A stretch of 64,000 nucleotides of DNA from Clostridia bacterium (GTDB taxonomy: Bacteria > Bacillota > Clostridia > UMGS1840 > HGM11507), in the NCBI GenBank assembly GCA_017414505.1, contig JAFQLQ010000003.1, positions 23,994 through 87,993 on the forward strand. The letters run 5' to 3'. Shown in pieces: positions 36,281-46,100 of this stretch. The notes below the pieces were generated by a model. It made no database searches. It was not told the origin of the DNA and saw only the letters and a program-made list of their open reading frames with translations. Made by a program: the position numbers and the translations under genes. Each line of letters starts with the position of its first letter. Position 1 is the stretch's first letter.

Positions 36281-39200
36281 ATTTTCTCAGGAGCAATTAT
36301 CGGTAATTGAGAATAAAAACGGTTCGGTACTGGTTTCTGCGGCAGCAGGAAGCGGTAAGTCAACTGTGCTTGTAGAACGAATAATAAGAACTGTTTGTGA
36401 AGAAAATTGTGATATTGATAAGCTGCTGGTGGTTACATTCACAAAGGCTGCCGCAAACGGAATGAAAGAAAAAATTTCAAAAGCCCTTAAGAAAAAAATT
36501 GCTGAAAATCCAAGTGATAGCAAGCTTAAGAAACAGTTGCTGCTCCTTAATGCCTGCAATATAAGCACCGTTCATTCTTTCTGTACAAAAATGCTTGAAA
36601 AATATTCATATTATCTTCCGGAAAATGTTCCGGTTAATTACAGTATTATTGATGAAACGGAAAATGCTCTTATGAGGCAGGAGGTTTTAGACGATTTACT
36701 CGATGAGCTATACGAAGCGGAAGACGACGATTTTGCAGGGCTTGTAGAGCGTTATGCGCCGGGAAGAGATGATAAATCCTTAAATAAGCTTGTTTTTGGA
36801 ATTTATAATAAAATAACAAGTGCCCCTTTTTATTTCAACTGGCTTGATAATGCAGAAAAACTGCTGCTTGAAAGCGGTGATTTTGAAAACAGCATTTACG
36901 GAGAATATATATGTAAATATATATCGGATTTGTTAAAAGGTTTTATAAAAAAATACGACTTTGCGCTGGAATATATCGCAAACACTGATGGAATAGAATC
37001 ATACGAATCCTTCTTTTTAAGAGAAAGAGCTTTAATGAAAGAGGTAGCTGAATTAAAAGGCTTTAATGAAATGAGAGCCGGAATTCAGAGCCTGAGAGCA
37101 TCTTTTGATAGATTACCAAATGTAAAAAAAGGTGCCGACGGAACTCCTGCAAAGGATATACGCAACTTTTTAAAGGATGAACTTACTAAAATAAATACAG
37201 CTTTTTTCGAAAGGGATGAAGATGCCGCCGGTTTTGAAGCGGATGCCTGTTATCCTGTAATTGCTAAATTATTTTCTGTAATAAAAGAATTTGATATAAG
37301 ATACAGAGAAAGAAAATACAGTAAAAATTATCTTGATTTCAACGACCTCGAACAGCTTACACTGGGGCTTCTTTGTGATAACCAAAACCTTGATACTCCC
37401 TCTCAGGCAGCAAGAGAAATAAGAGAAAGTTTTGCGGAAATTCTTGTTGATGAATATCAGGATACCAATGAAGTTCAGGAAGCAATTTTTAATCTTGTTT
37501 CAAGTAATGGCGAAAACCTTGTGATGGTTGGCGATGTAAAGCAGAGTATTTACCGTTTCCGCCAGGCAAATCCTGAACTTTTCCTGAAAAGAAGAAGCAG
37601 TTATTCAGAAGGAAATAACGGAACAAATATAAATCTTAACTGTAATTACCGTTCAAGAAAAAGTGTTCTTGATTTTGTAAACGGAATTTTTGATTATGTA
37701 ATGACAGAGTCTACATCAGGACTTTCCTATAAGGCTACAGAAAGATTAAAATATTTTGACGGAAATTACAGCGATGATACCGAAGGTAAATTTAACAGTG
37801 AAATACTGCTTGCAGTATCCGGTTATGATGAAAAAACGCTGGAAGAAAAAGGCGAAATTTTAGAAGCGAGAGCCATAGCCAAACGTATAAAAGACATTAT
37901 TGCGGACGATAATTTCAGATTAAGAGGTGACAACGGGCAGCTAAGAAGGGCAGAATACCGTGACATTGTTATACTTGTAAGAAGCTTTAATGCAAAAACT
38001 GCAAAATTTCTTGACGAATTGAAAAAACTTGGAATTCCTGTTTCGTATGATGAAAAAACCAGCTTTTTTGAAACGCCCGAAATAAAAATAGTTACAGCAC
38101 TTTTGAGAGTTGTGGACAATCCTTATGATGATATTTCTTTGCTTTCTGTGATGAAAAATGTATATTTCTTTACAGATGAAGAATTTCTTAAAATGCGCAA
38201 TGATTTTAATGATAAATCTTTTTATGAAATTCTTAAGAAAAAACAAAACGAGCCCAAAATCAGAAAGCTGTTAAGTTATCTGGACGAGCTCAGGGATTAT
38301 TCCATAACCAATGAGCTGTACAAGCTTATGGAGAAAATATATAAGGATACATATATAAGAGAATTACAGCTTGGATACATTAACGGCGATCAGAAAAATG
38401 AAAATCTTAAACTGCTTACCCAAATTGCCAAGAATTATGAAAAATCAGGCTATAAGGGTATAAGCTCTTTTATTGCATATGTAAACAAAATAATTGAAAG
38501 TGAACGTGAAATTAACGCCGCCGCTTTAATTGACGGAAACCGAAATACAGTAGATGTTATGACAATACATAAAAGTAAAGGTCTTGAATTTCCGATTGTT
38601 ATTCTTGCAGGATGCAATAAACCGTTTAATATAATGGATATGAGAGAGCGAATTTTAGTAGATAAGAGTATGGGTATCGGATGCGATTATTTTGATCTTG
38701 ATAAAAGATATAAATACCCAACTCTTGTAAAAAATGTGCTTAAAATAAAGGAAAAAACAGAAACCTTAAGAGAAGAACTGCGTATTTTGTATGTTGCCCT
38801 AACACGTGCGCAGGAAAAGCTTATTGTTTCGGGAGCGCTGGGAGTTTTTGATGAGGATATTGTTAAATTTTCCACCCGGGCGTATGGCGACAATGATGAA
38901 ATGTCCTGCTTTGATTTTCTTAAAGCAAAAAGTTATTTCGACTTTATTTTACCTGCTCTTATAAGACATAAGCAATTTTACGAAAATGGTATGTCGGGAT
39001 ATCTCGATGCTAAAAATTACGGTTTTAATATGGATTTAAGTATTGTAGTGCCGGAAGAGCTTGAGGTTATAGCAGAAGAAATAAGAGACGAAAATCTTCT
39101 TGAAAATTCAGAATTACCCGAAGAATTTGTAGAAAAAATAAACCGTTATACACAGTTTGAATATGAAACTGAGCTTACGGAAATTCCGCAGAAAATTTCT

Positions 39201-39803
39201 GTAAGTGATGCAAGAAAACTGTTTGACGTGGAAGCCGATAACGGAGTATATCTCAGAAATGTCGTTCTGAATGATATACGATACAGTGAGGGTGAAATAA
39301 AAAATTCTGCAATGACGGGAACAGTTCTCCATTACATATTTGAAAAAATAGATTTCGACGAAATCAGAAACAAAGGTGCAAATAAGGCTGTTTGCGATTT
39401 TTATGAAAGTAATGAATATGTAAAAGAAAATCTTACCATTGATGAAGCTAAAAAAGCGGCATTGCTTTTCGAATCAGATATAGGCAAAAAAATGCTTACA
39501 GCAGATAATATCTACCGTGAAAAGGATTTTCTTATAACGGTTCCTGCTAAAAAATTATATCCTGAAATCAAATCGGATGAAAGTATAATTCTTCAGGGTG
39601 TGATGGACTGTTATTTTGAATATGACGGAAAATTTATATTGCTGGATTATAAATATACAAAAAAAAGCTCGGATTATCTCAAAAAAACATATGAGCCGCA
39701 GCTTGAAATGTATAAGGAAGCTATAAAGAAAACCAAAGGCGTTACCGGTAAGATTGATGCATACATATGGAATATTGATAAATGTGAGCTTATAGAAGTT
39801 TAA
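36267..39803 (+). CDS. addA: Helicase-nuclease AddAB subunit A
   Basis: UvrD-type helicase motifs (AAAGSGKST, VDEYQDTN, GDVKQSIYRFR) and a C-terminal nuclease (GVMDCYF...LLDYKYTK). Overlaps the addB stop. Confidence 0.9.
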   Translation: MSSVKFSQEQLSVIENKNGSVLVSAAAGSGKSTVLVERIIRTVCEENCDIDKLLVVTFTKAAANGMKEKISKALKKKIAENPSDSKLKKQLLLLNACNISTVHSFCTKMLEKYSYYLPENVPVNYSIIDETENALMRQEVLDDLLDELYEAEDDDFAGLVERYAPGRDDKSLNKLVFGIYNKITSAPFYFNWLDNAEKLLLESGDFENSIYGEYICKYISDLLKGFIKKYDFALEYIANTDGIESYESFFLRERALMKEVAELKGFNEMRAGIQSLRASFDRLPNVKKGADGTPAKDIRNFLKDELTKINTAFFERDEDAAGFEADACYPVIAKLFSVIKEFDIRYRERKYSKNYLDFNDLEQLTLGLLCDNQNLDTPSQAAREIRESFAEILVDEYQDTNEVQEAIFNLVSSNGENLVMVGDVKQSIYRFRQANPELFLKRRSSYSEGNNGTNINLNCNYRSRKSVLDFVNGIFDYVMTESTSGLSYKATERLKYFDGNYSDDTEGKFNSEILLAVSGYDEKTLEEKGEILEARAIAKRIKDIIADDNFRLRGDNGQLRRAEYRDIVILVRSFNAKTAKFLDELKKLGIPVSYDEKTSFFETPEIKIVTALLRVVDNPYDDISLLSVMKNVYFFTDEEFLKMRNDFNDKSFYEILKKKQNEPKIRKLLSYLDELRDYSITNELYKLMEKIYKDTYIRELQLGYINGDQKNENLKLLTQIAKNYEKSGYKGISSFIAYVNKIIESEREINAAALIDGNRNTVDVMTIHKSKGLEFPIVILAGCNKPFNIMDMRERILVDKSMGIGCDYFDLDKRYKYPTLVKNVLKIKEKTETLREELRILYVALTRAQEKLIVSGALGVFDEDIVKFSTRAYGDNDEMSCFDFLKAKSYFDFILPALIRHKQFYENGMSGYLDAKNYGFNMDLSIVVPEELEVIAEEIRDENLLENSELPEEFVEKINRYTQFEYETELTEIPQKISVSDARKLFDVEADNGVYLRNVVLNDIRYSEGEIKNSAMTGTVLHYIFEKIDFDEIRNKGANKAVCDFYESNEYVKENLTIDEAKKAALLFESDIGKKMLTADNIYREKDFLITVPAKKLYPEIKSDESIILQGVMDCYFEYDGKFILLDYKYTKKSSDYLKKTYEPQLEMYKEAIKKTKGVTGKIDAYIWNIDKCELIEV

Positions 39804-39822
39804 CTACCTGGAGGGGATAAAA

Positions 39823-40563
39823 ATGGAAGAAAAATTTGAAGAAAAAAAAGAAGAAGTTATTTCTGCAAATGAAACTGCTTCAAAAAAGAAAAAACATAAA
39901 AAACACGGTAAATTTTTTAATAAAAAAATTGCAAAATCCTCTGTGATATTGGGAACTGCATTTTGTATATCCTTTTTGGCAACAGCAAATTTTTATATGA
40001 AATCAAAAAATCTTGTGTTTGCGGATGAACTGCAAAAGGTTGATGAACTGGTAAAAACAGTTAACGAACAGAAAAAGGATATTGCAACTCTGGAAAAAGA
40101 CGTGGATAAGTACAAAAAACTTTATGAAGAATATAAAGAAGCTTATGAAGATGAAAAGAAAAACGCAAAAAAAACAACTGTAAAAAGCACTGCAAAAACT
40201 AATTCTTCAACTACAAAGAAATCATCTTCTGCAGCTCCTAAAAATACTGCTCCAAAAACAACAGAAAAAAATAATACTGCGGATAAAAAAGAAGAAACAG
40301 ATACCAAGAATGAAGCAGAAAACACAAAGAAAGAAACTGCATCATCTGAAATATCCGTTGAAAATACTCCCTCGGTATCAAATGATAATGTTCCGTCACA
40401 AAATCCGGGTGTAGTGGTTAACGAGCCTTCTGCAGTGCCCGATTCAACCCCCAACACTCCTTCTTCGGGAAATTCTGATACCGGTATTCCTGCTGTTCAG
40501 CCATCTCAGCCTGCAAGTCCTGCAGCGCCGCAGATAAATGTCGGAGGCACAAATGCACAATAA
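39823..40563 (+). CDS. Membrane-anchored protein with a coiled-coil segment and a low-complexity S/T/P/N/K-rich tail
   Basis: Lys-rich N-terminus, one TM (SSVILGTAFCISFLATANFYM), a coiled-coil-like KDIATLEKDVDKYKKLYEEYKEAYE, then a compositionally biased tail. Confidence 0.55.
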   Translation: MEEKFEEKKEEVISANETASKKKKHKKHGKFFNKKIAKSSVILGTAFCISFLATANFYMKSKNLVFADELQKVDELVKTVNEQKKDIATLEKDVDKYKKLYEEYKEAYEDEKKNAKKTTVKSTAKTNSSTTKKSSSAAPKNTAPKTTEKNNTADKKEETDTKNEAENTKKETASSEISVENTPSVSNDNVPSQNPGVVVNEPSAVPDSTPNTPSSGNSDTGIPAVQPSQPASPAAPQINVGGTNAQ

Positions 40564-41581
40564 AAAAATAATTCTGTTAATTTTAGTTATTCTTTTGTTG
40601 TTGGTTTGCATAAAAGTAATTCCTTCTTTATCTGAAAACAACAATAAAACTGAAAAATACGGATTCCTTATGGATACTCAGGTAAGAATAGTTATATATG
40701 ATAAAGGAAATTTTGATAATGAGGCTCAAAAATGCTATGAACTGATTTCCGGAATTGATAAAATTATGAATACCTATAACGAGGATTCTGAACTTGCAAA
40801 ATTAAACAAAACAGGACATTCTTCGGTTTCGGATGATTTGTATGCGGTTATAAAAAAAGCTGTGGAGATTTCCGAGAAGACAGATGGAGCTTTTGATGTA
40901 ACCATAAAACCGCTTTCCGAGCTATGGAATTTCAAAAACGCAAAAGTTCCGTCAGAATCGGAGATTTTACAAGCTAAATCTGTTGTATCATACAGAAATA
41001 TTGAACTTAAAGAAAATAATATTGTAGCATTAAATAACGGTGTCGGAGTGGATCTTGGCGGAATTGCAAAGGGATATGCTGCGGATAAAGCTGTTGAATT
41101 CCTTAAAAAATCCGGAATAAAAAATGCCCTTGTAGATATTGGCGGAAATATAAAATTCACAGGAAATTCCGATAAAAGAAGCGAAGGATTTCTTGTAGGC
41201 ATTCAGGATCCCGGTGAAAAAAATGGAATAAGTCTTGGTGCAATAAGACTTAAGGATAAAACTCTTGTTACGGGCGGAATATATGAGAGGAATTTTACAT
41301 CAGACGGTAAGCTTTATAATCATATTCTTAATCCGTATACCGGATATCCCGTTGAAAACGAATTGCTTTCTGTAACTGTAATTTCCGAAAATTCTTCTGA
41401 GGCAGATGCCTATGCAACAGCTCTTATGATACTTGGTGAAGAAAAAGGCTTAAAACTTCTAAATTCCACAAACGGTATTGAATGCATTATGGTTAAAAAG
41501 AACAACGAAATTGTGCTTTCAGAAGGAATAAAAAAAGAGCAGTTTGAAATAAGAAACGATAAATACTTTATAAAGGAGTAG
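40553..41581 (+). CDS. apbE: FAD:protein FMN transferase (ApbE family) lipoprotein
   Basis: Lipobox-like LLLVC. ApbE blocks (AFDVTI, DLGGIAKGYAADKA, ILNPYTGYPV). ATG 40553 lies 5 nt after GGAGG. Confidence 0.85.
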   Translation: MHNKKIILLILVILLLLVCIKVIPSLSENNNKTEKYGFLMDTQVRIVIYDKGNFDNEAQKCYELISGIDKIMNTYNEDSELAKLNKTGHSSVSDDLYAVIKKAVEISEKTDGAFDVTIKPLSELWNFKNAKVPSESEILQAKSVVSYRNIELKENNIVALNNGVGVDLGGIAKGYAADKAVEFLKKSGIKNALVDIGGNIKFTGNSDKRSEGFLVGIQDPGEKNGISLGAIRLKDKTLVTGGIYERNFTSDGKLYNHILNPYTGYPVENELLSVTVISENSSEADAYATALMILGEEKGLKLLNSTNGIECIMVKKNNEIVLSEGIKKEQFEIRNDKYFIKE

Positions 41582-41587
41582 ATTTTT

Positions 41588-42493
41588 ATGATTTATGATG
41601 TTGCTGTAATTGGCGGAGGGCCGGCAGGCGTTACTGCGGCAGTTTACGCAAAAAGAGCGGGGCTTGAAACTGTTCTTTTTGAAGAAAAATATATAGGTGG
41701 ACAAATAGTAAATACTCATAATCTTGAAAATTTTACAGGTTTTACAACCATCAGCGGATATGAATTCGGTGAAAAATTAAGTGAACAGTTAAAATATCAC
41801 AAAATATCTCCCGTAATGGAAAAGGTTATAACCCTTGAGCTTGATTCGGAAATTAAAACAATATTTACATCAAAAAATGAGTATAAAGCAAAAAATGTTA
41901 TAATTGCAACGGGAGCATCGCCCAGAAAGCTTGGAATAAAAAATGAAGCAGAGCTTACCGGTATGGGAATATCATATTGTGCCACCTGCGACGGAGCTTT
42001 TTTCAGAAACCGTAAGGTTATGGTAGCCGGCGGAGGAAATACAGCTCTGGATGATGCCGTTTATCTTTCAAATATTTGTGAAACGGTGTATATTGTTCAC
42101 AGAAGAGATGAATTCAGAGGTAATAAATCTACCGTAGAAAAACTTAAAGCTATGAAAAATGTTGAATTTATTCTGAACAGCGAAGTAAAAGAGCTTGTGG
42201 CAGATGAGTTTTTAAAAAGTGTTAAAGTTTTTAATAAAATTGAAAATAAAATACACGAGATTGAGGTTTCAGCTTTGTTTGTAGCAATTGGAAATATTCC
42301 CAATACAGAGCTTGTAAAGGACAAGCTTAAGCTTGATGAAGCCGGATATATAGTGTGTAATTCCAATCAGGAAACCAATATAAACGGTGTTTTCGGAGCC
42401 GGAGATGTATGTAAAAAAACACTTCGTCAGGTTGTGACTGCGGCATCAGACGGAGCAAATGCCGTAAACACAATTCTTAATTTTGAAATCTAA
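41588..42493 (+). CDS. trxB: Thioredoxin-disulfide reductase
   Basis: FAD motif GGGPAG, redox-active CATCDG, NADPH motif GGGNTALDDA. Confidence 0.9.
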   Translation: MIYDVAVIGGGPAGVTAAVYAKRAGLETVLFEEKYIGGQIVNTHNLENFTGFTTISGYEFGEKLSEQLKYHKISPVMEKVITLELDSEIKTIFTSKNEYKAKNVIIATGASPRKLGIKNEAELTGMGISYCATCDGAFFRNRKVMVAGGGNTALDDAVYLSNICETVYIVHRRDEFRGNKSTVEKLKAMKNVEFILNSEVKELVADEFLKSVKVFNKIENKIHEIEVSALFVAIGNIPNTELVKDKLKLDEAGYIVCNSNQETNINGVFGAGDVCKKTLRQVVTAASDGANAVNTILNFEI

Positions 42494-42521
42494 GTGTAAT
42501 ACAAAAAACATATAAAAGTCA

Positions 42522-42550
42522 TTGAAAAACGTAAATTTTTGTTGTATAAT
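42522..42550 (+). promoter_or_regulatory. Sigma-A-type promoter
   Basis: TTGAAA (42522-42527), a 17-nt spacer, then TATAAT (42545-42550). Confidence 0.5.
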
Positions 42551-42589
42551 GTAAATACAAGTATATTCAGAAAGAAAAGAGGGCTTATT

Positions 42590-43129
42590 ATGAAAAAAAC
42601 TATGTGCCTTGCATTAATCATTTGTATTCTTTTCTCAACCTTTGTTTATTCTGTATCTGCACAGAATAATATGACTGACGCATGGGATATAATGGTAATG
42701 GTTAACGGAAAACGTGTTGTGCAGGATTCTAATGGAGTTGCTCTTGTTATAAAAACATCGTGGATAGGTCAGTCTGCAGTAAATCTCGCTCCTGTCAGAG
42801 CTATATGCGAAGCATTGGGCGCTAATATCAACTGGAATAACGAATCTCAGACAGTAACTGTGTACAACGACATTGCAGCTATTGCACTTCAGACAAACAA
42901 TAAGTTAATAACTATAGGAAGAAAAACTCTTGCAGGTGACTACAGTAATACTGTTACAGAACAGATTATGGCTGAGCCGGTTAATATAGGCGGAACTGTG
43001 TATATTCCTATTCGTGCGGTTGCAGAAGGTTTGGGAGCAACTGTTGAATGGGTTCAGGAAGAAAAGCTGATTAAAATTAACAGTGCTTCACAGCCACAAA
43101 CACCTAATACTGTTCCTGTTATGCACTAA
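42590..43129 (+). CDS. Secreted copper-amine-oxidase-N-terminal-like (stalk) domain protein
   Basis: Signal peptide MKKTMCLALIICILFSTFVYSVSA. Two halves: APVRAICEALGANINW and IPIRAVAEGLGATVEW. Confidence 0.7.
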   Translation: MKKTMCLALIICILFSTFVYSVSAQNNMTDAWDIMVMVNGKRVVQDSNGVALVIKTSWIGQSAVNLAPVRAICEALGANINWNNESQTVTVYNDIAAIALQTNNKLITIGRKTLAGDYSNTVTEQIMAEPVNIGGTVYIPIRAVAEGLGATVEWVQEEKLIKINSASQPQTPNTVPVMH

Positions 43130-43132
43130 TTT

Positions 43133-43159
43133 AAAGCGGCTTTATAAGCCGCTTTTTTT
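43133..43159 (+). terminator. Rho-independent terminator
   Basis: AAAGCGGCTT, loop TAT, AAGCCGCTTTTTTT. Confidence 0.75.
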
Positions 43160-43178
43160 ATAATTCGGAGGTAAAGTT

Positions 43179-44360
43179 ATGAAATTTGATGCGTTAAAAA
43201 GTTTTATGGATTATCTTACATCATGGCGAATTCCGGGAAATTCGGTAAGTGTATGTATTAATAACAATGAAGTATTTAATTACCAGTCAGGTTATGCAGA
43301 CCTTGAAAATCAGATAAAAATGACGTCCGATAAGTTGTTTAATATTTACTCCTGCTCTAAAGTAACTACTGTTACTGCGGCCTTGCAGCTTTATGAAAAA
43401 GGATATTTTCTGCTGGACGATCCGCTTTATGATTTTATTCCGGCTTTTAAGGAAATGTACATAAGAAATGAAGAAGGCGTTCGTGAAAAAGCGAAAAATC
43501 CTATTACATTACGTCATCTTTTTACCATGACTTCGGGACTTACCTACAATATGGAAACACTTGCCATTAAAGAAGCTGTAAAGAATGGTGATGGTAAAGC
43601 AGAAACACTTGACATAGTTAATGCTATTGCGAAAGCTTCGCTTTCTTTTGAACCGGGAACAGCGTGGCAGTACAGTCTTTCGCACGATGTCCTTGCCGGT
43701 GTTGTAGAAGTAATAAGCGGGAAAAAATTCCGTAACTATGTAAAGGAAAATATCTTTACACCTCTTGGTATGAATGAAAGCTATTATTCCAACGAACTTG
43801 TAAAAGGCAGAATGGCAGAACAGTATAAGTATATAAACGGTAAAGAAAGCGACCTTGTAAAACTGCAGTCGGAAACTAATAATAAGTCTGCCGGCAATAT
43901 AATAAATGTTGGTAAGGATGTTGAAAACCTTGTGTTAAGTACAGAACATGACAGTGGCGGTGCAGGTATCACTACATCAGTGGGCGATTATTCAAAACTG
44001 GCTTCCGCTCTTGCAAATTTCGGACTTGGCGCATCCGGCGAAAGAATACTTTCAAAAGGAACTGTTGAACTGTTAAGAACAAATCAGTTAAACAGTCCGG
44101 AACTTTCAAAAAATTTCAACTGGTCACAGTTAAAAGGCTATGGCTACGGACTTGGTGTAAGAACGCTTATAGATAAAGCAAAAAGCGGCAGTACAGGTAA
44201 TCTTGGTGAATTTGGCTGGGGTGGTGCGGCAGGTGCAACCGTTCTTGTGGATCCTGATATCGGTCTTTCGGTATTTTATACTCACCATATGCTTAACCCA
44301 CACGAGGAATATTATCAGCCAAGACTCAGAAATGTAGTGTATAACTGTATTTACAGTTAA
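43179..44360 (+). CDS. Beta-lactamase-fold serine hydrolase (class C / family VIII esterase-like)
   Basis: Nucleophile motif S-x-x-K (YSCSKV) and a second motif YSLSHD. No signal peptide. Confidence 0.8.
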   Translation: MKFDALKSFMDYLTSWRIPGNSVSVCINNNEVFNYQSGYADLENQIKMTSDKLFNIYSCSKVTTVTAALQLYEKGYFLLDDPLYDFIPAFKEMYIRNEEGVREKAKNPITLRHLFTMTSGLTYNMETLAIKEAVKNGDGKAETLDIVNAIAKASLSFEPGTAWQYSLSHDVLAGVVEVISGKKFRNYVKENIFTPLGMNESYYSNELVKGRMAEQYKYINGKESDLVKLQSETNNKSAGNIINVGKDVENLVLSTEHDSGGAGITTSVGDYSKLASALANFGLGASGERILSKGTVELLRTNQLNSPELSKNFNWSQLKGYGYGLGVRTLIDKAKSGSTGNLGEFGWGGAAGATVLVDPDIGLSVFYTHHMLNPHEEYYQPRLRNVVYNCIYS

Positions 44361-44424
44361 TTCATAATTTGTTTATTACAGGTTAAAAATAATAGTGTAT
44401 TCTCCTTTGAAAGGAGTTGACAAA

Positions 44425-44841
44425 ATGAGAAATTTTCTTCAGAATATGGCATATAGCCTGCAAAGGATGATGCAGGGCAGATACGGAGTGGATGAATTTT
44501 CAAGATTTCTGGATATTTCCGGGATAGTATTTTTTGTATTATCGCTTTTTAAACCACTGCGCTTTTTATATTTTGTTGCGGCAGCTTTGTTATTGTGGTC
44601 AATTTTTCGATGCTATTCAAAAAATATTCCTAAACGCTATTCAGAACTTAATAAATACCTGAAAATTAAAAATAAAATAATTCCTGAAATTCAAATTATC
44701 AAAAATCGTATTTCGGGCAGAAAAACTTACAGATATTTCAAGTGTTCCGGGTGTAAAACCCAACTGAAAGTTCCAAAGGGAAAAGGAAAAATTGAAATAT
44801 CCTGTCCTAAGTGTAAAACGGTAATGGTCAAAAAAACATAA
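44425..44841 (+). CDS. Small membrane protein with a C-terminal zinc ribbon
   Basis: Two hydrophobic helices, then CSGC...CPKC. ATG 44425 follows an AAAGGAG SD. Confidence 0.6.
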   Translation: MRNFLQNMAYSLQRMMQGRYGVDEFSRFLDISGIVFFVLSLFKPLRFLYFVAAALLLWSIFRCYSKNIPKRYSELNKYLKIKNKIIPEIQIIKNRISGRKTYRYFKCSGCKTQLKVPKGKGKIEISCPKCKTVMVKKT

Positions 44842-44848
44842 ACTTTTT

Positions 44849-44880
44849 AAAGGCGGTAAGCTGTGTGGCTTATCGCCTTT
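44849..44880 (+). terminator. Hairpin/terminator
   Basis: AAAGGCGGTAAGC pairs with GCTTATCGCCTTT. Short U-run. Confidence 0.5.
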
Positions 44881-44912
44881 AAAAATATTCATCTGTTATT
44901 TGATTTTGGCAC

Positions 44913-44941
44913 TTGACAAGCTTTTTTAAAAAATATATAAT
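44913..44941 (+). promoter_or_regulatory. Sigma-A-type promoter for the hydrolase / DUF2264 block
   Basis: TTGACA (44913-44918), a 17-nt spacer, then TATAAT (44936-44941). Confidence 0.5.
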
Positions 44942-44974
44942 TAAAACATAAAATTTATACCGGAAGTGATGGTT

Positions 44975-46087
44975 ATGAAATTTGAGAAATTACGCGTGTT
45001 TCTTGAGAGTTTGCAGCAAGATTACAGCATACCTTCCTGTGAGTGCAGAATTATAAAAAACAACGAAGTGATTTTTGACTGCAAAGAAGGGGATTATGAC
45101 GAAAATAAAAAATTTTATTTTATATATTCGATGACAAAAATAATCACTGCAGTATCAGCTATGAAGCTTGTTGAACAGGGGAAATTGTCCCTTTGCGATA
45201 ATGTAGAAAAATATCTTCCTCAGTTTTCCGAGCTTACGGTAAATAATGGTGAAAAGATATGGAAAGCAAAAAATAAGCTTACTGTGGAAAATTTACTTTC
45301 AATGCAGGGCGGATTTGACTATAATATAAATTCTGAGCAAATTAAAAACGCCATTAAAAATAACCCCAATGCCTCTACGCAGGAAATAGCTGTGGCAATA
45401 AGCAAAATGCCCCTTCTTTTTGAACCAGGTGAAAATTTTTCTTACAGTCTTTGCTATGATATTCTTGGCGCCATTATAGAAAAAGCTTCAGGAATGCGCT
45501 TTGGAGAATACTTGAAAAAAGAAATTTTTGAACCTCTTGAAATGAAAGATACAACGTTTGATATAAACGATGTTCCAACCGAAAAAATTGTTCCTCACTA
45601 CAGATATAATAATGATAAAGGTTGTGCGGAAGAACTGCCGAAAAGTAATGTATTTGTCTTTTCTCCCGTTTACGAAAGCGGAGGCGCAGGAATTATTTCC
45701 ACCTTTGATGATTATTGTAAATTTGTGTCAGCAATTTCAAGTGGCGGAGTTTCCGAAAACGGATACGTACTTCTGGAAAAAGAAAGTATTGATGAAATTA
45801 CAAAAATACGAATGAATGATAAAATTTTAAGCACCTATTTCAGATACCCTGCGTGGGGCTGTCATTACGGTTTTTCGGTAAGGGTTCTGTTTGATAAAAC
45901 CAAGTGTGAAACTCCTGCGCCGATTGGTTGCTTTGAGCTTACCGGTGCGGCAGGAAGTTATGCAGTATTTGATGTTGAAAATAATATTTCTATTGTCTAT
46001 TTTCAGCACATCAAGGATGTTGTGGATGTTCCTGAATTTGTACATCATAAAATAAGAGATTTAGCATATGAAGAATTACTAAAATAA
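44975..46087 (+). CDS. Beta-lactamase-fold serine hydrolase (paralogous type)
   Basis: S-x-x-K (YSMTKI) and YSLCYD. The start is uncertain (GTG 44966, ATG 44969 or ATG 44975). Confidence 0.8.
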   Translation: MKFEKLRVFLESLQQDYSIPSCECRIIKNNEVIFDCKEGDYDENKKFYFIYSMTKIITAVSAMKLVEQGKLSLCDNVEKYLPQFSELTVNNGEKIWKAKNKLTVENLLSMQGGFDYNINSEQIKNAIKNNPNASTQEIAVAISKMPLLFEPGENFSYSLCYDILGAIIEKASGMRFGEYLKKEIFEPLEMKDTTFDINDVPTEKIVPHYRYNNDKGCAEELPKSNVFVFSPVYESGGAGIISTFDDYCKFVSAISSGGVSENGYVLLEKESIDEITKIRMNDKILSTYFRYPAWGCHYGFSVRVLFDKTKCETPAPIGCFELTGAAGSYAVFDVENNISIVYFQHIKDVVDVPEFVHHKIRDLAYEELLK

Positions 46088-46100
46088 GGAGAAGAAAATT

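Noticed and set aside
32918-39803. AddAB considered as a novel defence or nuclease system
   Set aside because: Both subunits show the canonical AddA/AddB helicase, nuclease and Fe-S motifs and the standard gene order. This is housekeeping recombination repair.
44402-44416. CTCCTTT-G-AAAGGAG palindrome that could sequester the SD of the zinc-ribbon gene
   Set aside because: The loop would be too small. The realistic stem is about 4-5 bp and thermodynamically weak. There is no supporting evidence of regulation.
43179-46087. Calling the two beta-lactamase-fold proteins antibiotic-resistance beta-lactamases
   Set aside because: They have no signal peptides, they sit in a carbohydrate-locus context, and only generic SxxK / Tyr motifs are present. 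An esterase/amidase-type serine hydrolase is the safer call.
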